Origin: Chitinophagaceae bacterium
GTDB lineage: Bacteria > Bacteroidota > Bacteroidia > Chitinophagales > Chitinophagaceae
Direction: 5' to 3'
Assembly: GCA_037190885.1 (NCBI GenBank)
Contig: JBBCJQ010000006.1
Coordinates: 34,190 to 98,189, forward strand
Length of the DNA: 64,000 bases
The notes under the pieces are model-generated. The model saw only the letters and a list, made by a program, of their open reading frames with translations, made no database searches and was not told the origin of the DNA. Below, piece by piece: positions 1 to 9,000 of this stretch; position 1 is the stretch's first letter, and every line of letters begins with the position of its first letter. A program made the position numbers and the translations under genes.

Positions 1-139
1 TCTCGCTTACCTGGTAAAATCCGGAACCTTCTTTTGTCCAGGTAATTTCCTTATTTTTAAACTGGGCGGATAACCCTGTGTGGATGGCCAGTATAGCCAG
101 CACGCAAAACAGGCGGCGGAGAAAGAACGTGATCAGCAT
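1..139 (-). CDS. N-terminal part of a secreted protein; the gene continues past the window start
   Basis: ATG at 139-137 on the minus strand opens MLITFFLRRLFCVLAILAIHTGLSAQFKNKEITWTKEGSGFYQVS..., which has a signal-peptide-like N-terminus. The frame stays open to the window edge. It is absent from the ORF track because there is no stop in the window. Confidence 0.35.
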   Translation of the reverse strand, partial: MLITFFLRRLFCVLAILAIHTGLSAQFKNKEITWTKEGSGFYQVSE

Positions 140-282
140 AGCAGAATATATTTTTAGCATGTATTTTAAGAGATAAAATAAAGGAGAAAAACAACAGCCG
201 CCAAAGTTTTTGAGGAAACTATTAACAGTAACCCCGTTTATTATCAAAAGTGGCACACTAAATTGCAGTTCCGGTTTCTATT

Positions 283-672
283 ATGGCAGAAAATAAAGAA
301 AAATTACGATTAGATAAGTACTTGTGGTCCATTCGCGTGTTTAAGACCCGTACGTTGGCTGCAGAAGCCTGCGACAAAGGAAGGGTAAAGATGAATGAAG
401 ACACTGTGAAGGCTTCCCGTTCGGTGAAAGTGGGAGATGTGTATGATATAAAAACGGAGGCCAGGAGATGGAAAATAGAAGTGACGGCATTGCTGCACAA
501 CCGGGTGCAATATACTGAAGCCATTAAATATTACGCAGACATTACGCCGGAAGAAGAGAGAGAAGTACATCCATTCCAGGCTGCCAGCTTCCATACCGGT
601 AAACGCCTGAGCAAGGTGGGGCGCCCCACCAAAAAGGACAGGAGGGATATCGGTGATTTTTTAGGAGAATAA
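283..672 (+). CDS. S4-domain RNA-binding protein, heat-shock protein 15 (HslR)-like
   Basis: 129-aa ORF. The N-terminal LRLDKYLWSIRVFKTRTLAAEACDKGRVKMN matches the S4/Hsp15 RNA-binding fold pattern. The C-terminal tail is basic. Confidence 0.75.
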   Translation: MAENKEKLRLDKYLWSIRVFKTRTLAAEACDKGRVKMNEDTVKASRSVKVGDVYDIKTEARRWKIEVTALLHNRVQYTEAIKYYADITPEEEREVHPFQAASFHTGKRLSKVGRPTKKDRRDIGDFLGE

Positions 673-709
673 GCATAAATGATTCGGAAAATTTTTATAA
701 ATTACTGTA

Positions 710-1774
710 ATGAATAAACGAAGATTTATAAAATCGACCCTGCTTACCGGTGCAGCGGTTTTGGCAAAGTTTAGCCCGGCGGCCGCAGCGGACGGGCAGA
801 AGATCAACAGGAAAAACTGGCTCTGGGTGAACCCCAATCCAAATGATACGGACCAAGCACTTGCAGCACAATACAAAGCGTTTAAGGCTGCCGGCATAAA
901 CGGTATATTTTATGAGGCAGACAGCGAAAGGCATTACCGGCTGGCAAAAGCAAACGGTCTGGAAGCGCACCGGTGGATGTGGATCATGAACAGGGGAGAA
1001 AAAGAGCTGCTGCAGTCGCACCCGGAATGGTATGCGAAAAACAAGCTGGGGGAGAGTTGTGCGGATAAGCCGCCATATGTGGGATATTACCGTTGGTTAT
1101 GCCCGTCCCGGCCGGAAGTGCTGGACTATCTGAAAAGCACGGTAGCCGACACACTGAAAAAAGATTATGTGGATGGTATACACCTGGATTATATACGGTA
1201 CAGCGATATTATCCTGCCCTTTAATTTGTGGGATAAGTATAAGATTGAACAGACGAAGGAGCTTCCCGAATATGATTTCTGCTATTGTGAGGTATGCCGG
1301 GAGAAGTTCAAAGCGCTGAAGGGTATTGATCCGCTGGAGCTTACTTATCCCGATCAAAGCCTTTCCTGGAGAAAGTACCGGTACGATACCATTACCAAAG
1401 TGGTCAACAGTATAGCCGAAGTGGCAAAGCAGCATAAAAAGCCTGTTACTGCCGCTGTTTTTCCTACACCCGAGATCGCGAAGCGCAATGTAAGGCAGGA
1501 CTGGGTGAACTGGAACCTGGATGGGGTATTTCCGATGATCTATCACGGGTTTTATAAGGAAGATGTGCAATGGATAGGAGACGCGGTGCAGGAAGGGGTA
1601 AGCGCCCTGCATGGAAAATTCCCTTTGTATGCAGGCGTGTTCCTGCCGGATTTTAAGAATGAAGAAGAGATAAGCGCCGGGATCAAAGCGGCGTTAAAGA
1701 ACGGCGCTGCCGGCATTTCTTTTTTTGGCAGGGTTGATGAAAAAGTGCTGGCTATTTTAAAGTCTGTAAAATAA
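710..1774 (+). CDS. Tat-signal glycoside-hydrolase-like TIM-barrel protein (GHL10/DUF187, YngK-like)
   Basis: 354-aa ORF. It has a twin-arginine leader (MNKRRFIKSTLLTGAAVLA). CPSRPEVLDYLKSTVADTLKKDYVDGIHLDYIRY resembles the GHL10/DUF187 core as I recall it. Confidence 0.55.
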   Translation: MNKRRFIKSTLLTGAAVLAKFSPAAAADGQKINRKNWLWVNPNPNDTDQALAAQYKAFKAAGINGIFYEADSERHYRLAKANGLEAHRWMWIMNRGEKELLQSHPEWYAKNKLGESCADKPPYVGYYRWLCPSRPEVLDYLKSTVADTLKKDYVDGIHLDYIRYSDIILPFNLWDKYKIEQTKELPEYDFCYCEVCREKFKALKGIDPLELTYPDQSLSWRKYRYDTITKVVNSIAEVAKQHKKPVTAAVFPTPEIAKRNVRQDWVNWNLDGVFPMIYHGFYKEDVQWIGDAVQEGVSALHGKFPLYAGVFLPDFKNEEEISAGIKAALKNGAAGISFFGRVDEKVLAILKSVK

Positions 1775-1834
1775 AAAGCTTGTTCCCGTTATTTCGATGA
1801 ACCCGCCCGAACGTTCAGGGGGGTATTATTCAAT

Positions 1835-1864
1835 AAAAAAGCGGAGTCAAACTCCGCTTTTTTA
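1835..1864. terminator. Bidirectional intrinsic terminator between convergent genes
   Basis: AAAAAA-GCGGAGT-CAA-ACTCCGC-TTTTTT: a 7-bp stem flanked by an A-tract and a T-tract. Confidence 0.7.
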
Positions 1865-1881
1865 CAGGTATATCTTCAATA

Positions 1882-3237
1882 TTAATTTTTCATCCTGTAC
1901 TTTTTATTCACTTTGGGGCTGTTGAAGTATTTATCCAGGTCTGCCTCGGAGTCTTCTATTTCCACGAGGGGTACTTCTATCAGTTGGGTTTGAATTTCCC
2001 GCATGGAATCCCGCATTTTCTGGGTTTTGGCTATTATTTCCGGGTCCCGTTCGCCTACCAGCGCATTGTTCTGCAGAGAATATTCAAGCCTTTTAATGGC
2101 ATTCCTGATCAGTGTGGCGGAGTTTTGTTTTTGTTCCGATGTTTTGCTGGGGGCCACGCTTTCTTTAACGGGTACCATGGCCACCCCGGCGCTTGGCAAT
2201 ATCTTTCCGGCCGTTTTCTGCCCGTCCGTCGGCAGTGAAGAGAATACGGTCCCGCCCAGCGCGGTAGCCGCCGAACTCAGTTCAAACGATGTTCTGGTGT
2301 TCTTTGTTCGTTTTACCTGCTTATCCAGGTGCATAAAGGTAGCCTTCAATTGATTGATATACCTGTTCGTTGCTCTTTTGACATCTTCATGCTCCAGCAC
2401 TTTTTGCGGGTAGTTGATATTTTCCTTAACAACGATATTCACGACTGCTGTATCGCGTACATTAAATTTGTTTGACCCGATAAAGTTTACCACTACTTTT
2501 TTCTCTTTGCCTGCATCGGTACTTTTTACAAAACCATATGGCGGGCTCCAGATAAAATCGTCCCCGCATTTTGTGACCACACCGATCGTTTTCAACGGGT
2601 AATTGCTGGTCATGGTGATCTTTTCTATCGGGAAGCTGCCATCCTCACACTGTACCTTAAAAGCGATGCTATCGCCTTCATCCACATACAATATATTATT
2701 GACAGCCGGTTTTACCCGGGAAGGAATGATCTCCGTATTATAAAACAACAAAATAAAAGACGTGTCGAGCTTGTCCTGGGGATTGTCCAGGTTTTGAATA
2801 CCCAGCTGCACTTTGTATTCCGTATCATATTTCAGCCTGCCCGACAGGAAAAAGCCTTTGTCTGCCTTAAACCTGAGCAGACCGGTATTCCGGTTGATGC
2901 GAAGCCCTACGGGAGCGTTCATCAGGTACCAATAGTAATGCGACTGGTCTTTGTTGATCTCCAGTTCATATTCCAGGGTGGAGTCAACGTGGAGTGTAAT
3001 ATAAGGGTTGAGGTTCCTGATCCTCAATTGTGAATCTTCCTGCTCTATTGGGGTGAAAATAGTATCGTTACCCGTCGTTTCGTTTAAAACCGGGGTTTTT
3101 GATGTGTCTGTAACCGGAACTTTCAATGTGTCTGTGACGGGCGCCGGGACCTTCAGGGTATCAGGTTCCTGTGCAGACACCGGAAGAGAAAAGCCAATTA
3201 CCAGCGCTAAAGCCCAGATCAAAAATTTATTGATCAA
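1882..3237 (-). CDS. Secreted protein of unknown function with a possible Ig-like (cadherin/He_PIG-type) region and a C-terminal helical region
   Basis: 451-aa ORF with signal peptide MINKFLIWALALVIGFSLPVSAQ. DTLKVP short repeats follow the signal peptide. YYWYLMNAPVGLRINRNTGLLRF resembles putative Ig-domain repeats. No catalytic motif was recognised. Confidence 0.55.
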   Translation of the reverse strand: MINKFLIWALALVIGFSLPVSAQEPDTLKVPAPVTDTLKVPVTDTSKTPVLNETTGNDTIFTPIEQEDSQLRIRNLNPYITLHVDSTLEYELEINKDQSHYYWYLMNAPVGLRINRNTGLLRFKADKGFFLSGRLKYDTEYKVQLGIQNLDNPQDKLDTSFILLFYNTEIIPSRVKPAVNNILYVDEGDSIAFKVQCEDGSFPIEKITMTSNYPLKTIGVVTKCGDDFIWSPPYGFVKSTDAGKEKKVVVNFIGSNKFNVRDTAVVNIVVKENINYPQKVLEHEDVKRATNRYINQLKATFMHLDKQVKRTKNTRTSFELSSAATALGGTVFSSLPTDGQKTAGKILPSAGVAMVPVKESVAPSKTSEQKQNSATLIRNAIKRLEYSLQNNALVGERDPEIIAKTQKMRDSMREIQTQLIEVPLVEIEDSEADLDKYFNSPKVNKKYRMKN

Positions 3238-3270
3238 TTTTCCAGTCTTTATGGGTTAAATAATTGAGTG

Positions 3271-3278
3271 CAAAAGTA
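3271..3278 (-). promoter_or_regulatory. Candidate Bacteroidota sigma-A -7 box (TAnnTTTG)
   Basis: The minus strand reads TACTTTTG, about 34 nt upstream of the ATG at 3237. This is a motif match only. Confidence 0.35.
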
Positions 3279-3334
3279 GTGCATTATGCAGTAATTAAAC
3301 TTGTAAAGGCTTTTAATATTGTTTACAGTATTGC

Positions 3335-3379
3335 TAAAAATTAAAAAGGCATGCTGCATGAATTCATGTCAGCATGCCC
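3335..3379 (-). terminator. Intrinsic terminator of the Hsp20 gene
   Basis: 9-bp stem GGCATGCTG/CAGCATGCC (3348-3356 and 3370-3378), followed on the minus strand by TTTTTAATTTTT. Confidence 0.65.
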
Positions 3380-3412
3380 GCCTTACTAATCCAACCACAC
3401 ATCACACTGCGT

Positions 3413-3847
3413 TTAGCTGATGGAGATCTGACGGGTAGAGGGTTGCAGATCTTCTTTTTTAGGTACACGCACTTTTAGCACACCATCCTCGTATTTTGCC
3501 TGGATGGCGTCTGCATTCACTTTATCGCTCAAAGTGAAGCTCCGCTTAAAGCTCTCAAAGCTGAATTCCCTCCGGACAGTTTTATACTCATCACTATTGG
3601 TCTCTTCTTTTTTCTCATACGAAATGGTCAGTAAACCATTGTCTACAGAAATATGGATATCTTCTTTTTTAAGTCCGGGTACACTTACCTCCAGGTGATA
3701 GGCATCTTTGGTCTCGTGAATATTCACCGGTACCTTACTCAAAGCGTTCCAGCCGGTATCTTTTCCCCAGGTTTCGTTAAACAGTTCGTCCAGGAAAGAA
3801 CCCCATACTTTGGGTGTAGCTGTGTTGTTTACTTTCAAAAGTCTCAT
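3413..3847 (-). CDS. Hsp20/alpha-crystallin family small heat-shock protein
   Basis: 144-aa ORF. The alpha-crystallin domain pattern is present: PVNIHETKDAYHLEVSVPGLKKEDIHISVDNGLLTISYEKK ... YEDGVLKVRVPKK. Confidence 0.9.
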   Translation of the reverse strand: MRLLKVNNTATPKVWGSFLDELFNETWGKDTGWNALSKVPVNIHETKDAYHLEVSVPGLKKEDIHISVDNGLLTISYEKKEETNSDEYKTVRREFSFESFKRSFTLSDKVNADAIQAKYEDGVLKVRVPKKEDLQPSTRQISIS

Positions 3848-4045
3848 GGTCTTATTTTTTTAATGGTTTGGAATTGTTTGTTTGACCTTCCATGATCAAA
3901 TGATATTCCAATGGCAACTATGTGAGATTTTTGAGCCAGGATGGCAAGGTGTAGGGATGGTTTATGACAAAATGACCTGATTATTCCCTTCTTGTAGACA
4001 AAATGTCTTTTCGTGTTTGAGCAACTAAGCAAGCAAGCTTTTGCT

Positions 4046-4053
4046 TACCTTTG
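4046..4053 (+). promoter_or_regulatory. Candidate -7 box TACCTTTG (TAnnTTTG)
   Basis: It lies 18 nt upstream of the ATG at 4072. It overlaps the TTG start proposed in the ORF track (4051), which argues for the ATG at 4072. Confidence 0.4.
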
Positions 4054-4071
4054 CAGCTAAACTTTTTAAAC

Positions 4072-4488
4072 ATGTATCCAGCAGAAATAGTAATTCCGAT
4101 GAAGGAGGAGTTGACCGACTACGGTTTTGAAGAATTGTTAACTCCCGAACAGGTGGACAATGCACTTGAGCAAAAAGGCACCACCCTGATAATGATCAAC
4201 TCGGTATGCGGTTGCTCGGCAGGCAGCGCCCGGCCGGGGGTACTGATGGCCGTACATAATGCAGCCAAAAAGCCGGATCACCTTACCACCAGCTTTGCAG
4301 GTTTTGATATAGATGCGATAAAAAAATTAAGAGAGCATCTCTTACCTTATCCACCGTCTTCTCCTGCTATTGCGTTATTTAAAGACGGGCAGCTCGTTCA
4401 TTTTATAGAAAGGCACCAGATCGAAGGACGCCCCGCTCAATTGATCGCGAGTAACCTGATCGCTGCGTTTGATGAGTTTTGTAATTAA
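4072..4488 (+). CDS. Bacilliredoxin (BrxA/BrxB, YphP/YqiW family thiol-disulfide oxidoreductase)
   Basis: Collinear with recalled B. subtilis YphP: PMKEELT..GFEEL, the NSVCGCSAG redox motif, PSSPAIALFKDGQLVHFIERHQIEG. Start moved to the ATG at 4072. Confidence 0.85.
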   Translation: MYPAEIVIPMKEELTDYGFEELLTPEQVDNALEQKGTTLIMINSVCGCSAGSARPGVLMAVHNAAKKPDHLTTSFAGFDIDAIKKLREHLLPYPPSSPAIALFKDGQLVHFIERHQIEGRPAQLIASNLIAAFDEFCN

Positions 4489-4561
4489 GACCGTAAAATG
4501 GTAAGATGGTAAGACTGTAAGATGGTAAGAGGCCATCTTACAGTCTTACAATTTTACGGTC
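4489..4561 (+). repeat. Long imperfect hairpin built of GTAAGA-like units; probable terminator and member of a dispersed repeat family
   Basis: GACCGTAAAAT...GTAAGACTGTAAGATGG-loop-CCATCTTACAGTCTTAC-AATTTTACGGTC begins right after the stop codon. Its 33-nt left arm recurs at 45107-45143 with 3 mismatches. Confidence 0.7.
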
Positions 4562-4605
4562 TTGCCATTTTACAGTAACATTGCGGTTCAATTCAATAAA
4601 AACTT

Positions 4606-5883
4606 ATGTATCCCAATCTATACTTTTTTCTGAAAGATACATTTGGCGTAGAACCCTGGGGCTGGACAAAATATATCAATTCCTTCGGATTTTTTGTTGC
4701 CATCGCATTTGTAGCAGCGGCAGTGATATTGACAAAGGAGCTCAAGAGACGGGAAAGATTGAAGTTGTTGTTCCCGGTAGAAGAGACAGTGACCGTAGGT
4801 AAACCAGCCTCCACCGGAGAACTGATCTCCAACGCGATCTTCGGCTTCCTGGTCGGGTTTAAGTTGCTGGGTATCTTTTTCGGTGACCACGGATTGTCTC
4901 CGCAGGAGTATATCTTTTCATCAAAAGGGAGCTGGCCCGGAGGATTGCTGTTGGCCGGTCTTTTCGTATGGCTTAAATACCGCGAAAAAAATAAGCATAA
5001 GCTGGCGAAGCCGGAAGAACGGAAGGTGAGGGTTTGGCCCCATGAAAGGGTAGGAGATTTTACGGTGTTGGCTGCTATATTCGGGTTTACCGGTGCCAAG
5101 CTTTTTGATAACCTGGAAAACTGGGAGCGATTTATACAAAACCCGATCGAGAACCTGCTATCGCCCAGCGGACTTACCTTTTACGGGGGGCTGATCTGCG
5201 CTACCATTGCTATATTATGGTATGCCCGCAAGAAGAAAATATCGATACGCCACCTGGTGGACTCCGCTGCCCCGGCGCTGATGCTGGCCTATGCCATCGG
5301 AAGGATAGGCTGCCAGGTAAGCGGGGATGGCGACTGGGGGGTGCCTAACAGCGCCTATATTACCAATAGCGAAGGAAAGGCTGTGCTGGCCCAACCGGGT
5401 GATTTTGATAAAGCGGTGGAACAACACAAAGCCATTTTTACCGCGGAGTTCGGGTCAGCGCCCATACCGCATATATATACAAAAGCACCTTCCTTTTTAC
5501 CAACCTGGACAGTAGCTTACCCATATGCCCATAACGTAAATGAAGAAGGGTTCCGCATAGCCGGCTGTGAAGGCGAATATTGCACAGCACTGCCGGTACC
5601 CGCTTATCCGACACCGTTTTATGAAACCATCATGTGCACCATTTTATTTGGTATCCTCATGTTATTGAGAAAAAAGATCTCCATTCCCGGCCAGATCTTT
5701 GCCATTTACCTGGTACTGAATGGGATTGAACGCTTCCTGATCGAAAAGATCAGGGTAAATACCAAGTATGATATATTCGGTTTCCATCCCACGCAGGCAG
5801 AACTCATATCTTCCCTGATGGTGATCGTTGGCGTCGTCCTTTACTTCTGGCTGAAAAAGCTCCCTCTGCCGGTCAGGAAATAA
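4606..5883 (+). CDS. lgt: Prolipoprotein diacylglyceryl transferase (long Bacteroidota form)
   Basis: 425-aa polytopic ORF. Lgt signatures are present: GLTFYGGLI, GRIGCQVSGDGDWG, YPTPFYE. Confidence 0.85.
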   Translation: MYPNLYFFLKDTFGVEPWGWTKYINSFGFFVAIAFVAAAVILTKELKRRERLKLLFPVEETVTVGKPASTGELISNAIFGFLVGFKLLGIFFGDHGLSPQEYIFSSKGSWPGGLLLAGLFVWLKYREKNKHKLAKPEERKVRVWPHERVGDFTVLAAIFGFTGAKLFDNLENWERFIQNPIENLLSPSGLTFYGGLICATIAILWYARKKKISIRHLVDSAAPALMLAYAIGRIGCQVSGDGDWGVPNSAYITNSEGKAVLAQPGDFDKAVEQHKAIFTAEFGSAPIPHIYTKAPSFLPTWTVAYPYAHNVNEEGFRIAGCEGEYCTALPVPAYPTPFYETIMCTILFGILMLLRKKISIPGQIFAIYLVLNGIERFLIEKIRVNTKYDIFGFHPTQAELISSLMVIVGVVLYFWLKKLPLPVRK

Positions 5884-5961
5884 TAATTTGCCTAGCTGCG
5901 CCGGTCATCCTTACCTGGAACCTTCCATGTTAAAACCCTGTTCTATGCATTGCAAAGTACC

Positions 5962-5969
5962 TACTTTTG
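5962..5969 (+). promoter_or_regulatory. Candidate -7 box TACTTTTG
   Basis: TAnnTTTG match 32 nt upstream of the ATG at 6001. It lies inside the TTG-extended ORF of the track. Confidence 0.4.
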
Positions 5970-6000
5970 GCAGGTATTACACAATGCAAAAAGAACTGCG

Positions 6001-8448
6001 ATGAAAAATCTTTTTATATTATTGATAATTATCTCTTTATCCTCATTGGGACAGGCACAGGGTAATAAGATAACCGGTTTGACACAGTCGGATACGCCGC
6101 TGGAAGCGGTTACCGTTTCCCTGCTGAAAAGCCGGGATTCCAGCCTGGTGAAGACAGAAATAACCAACCGGGAAGGGAAATTTGAGTTTACAGGCGTCGC
6201 CGATGGCGTCTACCTGCTACATTTCAGCATGACCGGGTTTCAGCCCTTGTATAGTGAGCAGATACAACTGGATGGCCGGGATTGGGATGCCGGCGTCGTT
6301 ACCCTTTCCCCGCAAAGCAGGGAACTGACAGCAGTAACGGTAACGGCCAAGCGACCATTGATTGAGCAAAAAATTGACAAGCTGGTGGTGAATGTAGATG
6401 CTGCTCCTTCCAATGCAGGGGCTACCGCTATGGAAGTGCTGGAAAAGTCGCCCGGCATTATTGTGAACAACGACGGCGTGATCAGTCTGAAGGGAAAGCC
6501 GGGCGTGGTGATCATGATGGATGGAAAACCTACCTATCTTTCGGAGGCAGACCTTGCCAACCTGCTGAAAAACACACCGGCTTCGAGCATTGACCAGATC
6601 GAAATTATGTCGAACCCTTCTTCAAAATTTGATGCCGCAGGTAACTCTGGTGTTATTAATATCAAAACAAAAAAAGGATTGAAGACCGGCTGGAACGGAA
6701 GCATTATGGTGGGCGCCAGCGCGGGCTTGTTTAAGAGGGGAGATGCTATGCTTGTTATCCCCAGGTCGCAGAATGCGTTGAATTTTAATTACCGCAGGGA
6801 AAAGCTCAACATTTTTGGAAGCTATAACCCGAATTTTAACCGTAACGCGCGGGAACTGAAGCTGGTGCGCAGGTTTTATAACACGGACGGCAGCCTGAAT
6901 TCGTATGCAGACCAGGTAACCGATTTTGACGGCGTGAATAACAACCATAGCGCCAAACTGGGAGCAGATTATTATATCAATAATAAAAATGTGGTGGGAG
7001 TGGTGTTTACCGGTTTCGGATTTTTCGGACGCTTTGAACCGGGTACCACTACCGCTATCAAAGATCCGGACAGCCTTATCATGTCCGGGCTCAATACCTC
7101 TACAAGCAATACACTGCGGTTTTTGAACTATACATCCAACATTAACTACAAGCACAGCTTTGACAGCACGGGCCGGGAGTTTACCGTTGACTTGGACTAT
7201 GTGAGATACGACAACAATTCCGATATGCTGCTGACTACCCTTGTAGTAGACAAACCTGGCAACGAAACGGACCAGACACAATTAAAGGGGGACCTGCCGT
7301 CAAAGATCGATATATATTCCCTGAAGGCAGATTATATTCATCCGCTGGATCAGAAAACAAAGATCGAGGCAGGCATTAAAACCAACTTCATTAAAAATAA
7401 CAACCTGGTGAATTACTGGCGGAGTGCGGAAGGCGGCTGGATACCGGATGCCCGTTCCAACCACTTTATCTACGAAGAAAATATAAATGCCGCTTATTTG
7501 AATGTATCTGCCAAATTGAGTGAAAAATGGAGCACGCAGGGTGGCTTACGGGTGGAGAATACCAATACGAAAGGACACCAGGTGATTTCAGACTCGTCTT
7601 TTACCCGCAACTATACCAACCTGTTTCCATCTGCGTTTGTGAATTATGCCGCTGATAATAACAACCAGGTAACCCTGTCGTATAGCCGCAGGGTGAACCG
7701 GCCGAACTACCAGCATTTAAACCCGTTTATTTATTTCCTGGATTCGCTTACCTACCAGAAAGGCAACCCGTATTTGCTGCCGCAGTTTTCCCATAATATA
7801 GAGCTGGGACATACCTTCAGAAATAAATTCATTACCAGCATCAACTTCAGCAAAACAACGAATGTTATATCCGAGCTGCTGGTGCAAAATACCGGGGAGA
7901 AAACAACTTATGCAACACGGGAGAATATTGCAGGGTTCAGGAACATCGGTCTGTCTGTAACCGCGCCTGCAAAGTGGACCAGTTGGTGGAGCACCAACTT
8001 CTTTGGTAACCTGTATAATAACCACTATAAGGGAAAATACCAGGCTTTTGATATTGACCTGTCCAATACGGCCTTCCTGTTGAATATTACCAACAGCTTT
8101 AGCTTTTCCAAAGGATATACTGCGGAGCTGAGCGGCTTTTACCGTTCCAGAACGGTAGACCAGATGCTGATCATGCACCCGATGTACCAGATGAATATTG
8201 CTTTCCAGAAAACGCTCATGAAAGGAAAAGCAACGCTCCGGCTGAATGTCCGGGATCCGTTTGGGTGGCAGCGGTTCAGCGCTATATCCCGTTACGGCGA
8301 TGTGAATATTACGCTTAAGAATCGCTGGGACAGCCAGCAGGCATCCGCCAGCTTTACGTATCGTTTCGGGAAAAACTCGATAGCCCCGTCCCGGAAACGT
8401 GCAACCGGTGTTTCGGAAGAGATCAACAGGGCGGGACAGTCAAACTAG
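6001..8448 (+). CDS. TonB-dependent-receptor-like outer-membrane beta-barrel protein with an N-terminal carboxypeptidase-regulatory-like domain
   Basis: Signal peptide MKNLFILLIIISLSSLGQAQG. CarboxypepD_reg-like segment (VSLLKSRDSSLVKTEITNREGKFEF). Plug-like motif (MEVLEKSPGIIVNNDGVISLKGK). Long beta-rich C-terminus ending in aromatic-rich strands. Confidence 0.8.
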   Translation: MKNLFILLIIISLSSLGQAQGNKITGLTQSDTPLEAVTVSLLKSRDSSLVKTEITNREGKFEFTGVADGVYLLHFSMTGFQPLYSEQIQLDGRDWDAGVVTLSPQSRELTAVTVTAKRPLIEQKIDKLVVNVDAAPSNAGATAMEVLEKSPGIIVNNDGVISLKGKPGVVIMMDGKPTYLSEADLANLLKNTPASSIDQIEIMSNPSSKFDAAGNSGVINIKTKKGLKTGWNGSIMVGASAGLFKRGDAMLVIPRSQNALNFNYRREKLNIFGSYNPNFNRNARELKLVRRFYNTDGSLNSYADQVTDFDGVNNNHSAKLGADYYINNKNVVGVVFTGFGFFGRFEPGTTTAIKDPDSLIMSGLNTSTSNTLRFLNYTSNINYKHSFDSTGREFTVDLDYVRYDNNSDMLLTTLVVDKPGNETDQTQLKGDLPSKIDIYSLKADYIHPLDQKTKIEAGIKTNFIKNNNLVNYWRSAEGGWIPDARSNHFIYEENINAAYLNVSAKLSEKWSTQGGLRVENTNTKGHQVISDSSFTRNYTNLFPSAFVNYAADNNNQVTLSYSRRVNRPNYQHLNPFIYFLDSLTYQKGNPYLLPQFSHNIELGHTFRNKFITSINFSKTTNVISELLVQNTGEKTTYATRENIAGFRNIGLSVTAPAKWTSWWSTNFFGNLYNNHYKGKYQAFDIDLSNTAFLLNITNSFSFSKGYTAELSGFYRSRTVDQMLIMHPMYQMNIAFQKTLMKGKATLRLNVRDPFGWQRFSAISRYGDVNITLKNRWDSQQASASFTYRFGKNSIAPSRKRATGVSEEINRAGQSN

Positions 8449-8944
8449 TGTTAGATCAATTCAATAATGTCTGTTCTTTTTCCCGCAGATAAGTGCTGAT
8501 TTTATTAAGCTACTTCTGCAAAGATCCGCGAAACCTGCGGGAGATTTATTCGTCACATTTTCATTGAAATGACACCAGGTGTCGGGGTAATATCATTTTA
8601 AATTTATTATTTAAGGTTTATCAGCTTTTCATAATAGATCGTTGACCGTTCCTTAGAAAAAATAGTCGATAACTGCAGATGTCCTTCTCTAAAGTATCAC
8701 TGTAATTTCGATAGCCTGAAGATGAATATTTTTGCAATGTTGAAGCATTTGTGTCTCCGGCTTTTTGGGGTCCGTGGCAATTCAGAAACTCCGGAATGAA
8801 AAACCTGCTCCTGGTCATGCGGGTGTCATACAAGTTATTTGCCGCATAATGGCGGTATTTATTTGTTTTTTTACCGCAAAGGCAGTCCTGTAACCAGGTT
8901 ATCGCCTGCTAAAGACAAAGCCCTGCTCCCTTACCATATACCAT

Positions 8945-8978
8945 ATAAAAGAAAATAGCCCGCAAAGGGGCTATTTCT
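8945..8978 (-). terminator. Intrinsic terminator downstream of susD-like gene
   Basis: AAATAGCCC-GCAAAG-GGGCTATTT stem (8953-8976), followed on the minus strand by TCTTTTAT. Confidence 0.6.
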
Positions 8979-9000
8979 TCATTCAGGTTAATACATATAT

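Noticed and set aside
4051-4071. TTG/GTG-extended N-termini in the ORF track (4051, 5950, 13518, 34946, 47583, 50464, 57775, 58575, 58629)
   Set aside because: Internal ATG starts give proper signal peptides or family-typical N-termini. In three cases the extension overlaps a TAnnTTTG promoter box.
8449-9000. 550-bp gap containing a 70-aa ORF (8621-8833, minus) and the element TCCCGCAG..N46..CTGCGGGA (8480-8541)
   Set aside because: The ORF has no start context, motif or plausible composition. The CTGCAAAGATCCGCGAAACCTGCGGGAG element resembles a common Bacteroidota intergenic repeat, but it occurs only once in this window, so I cannot support it as a family here.
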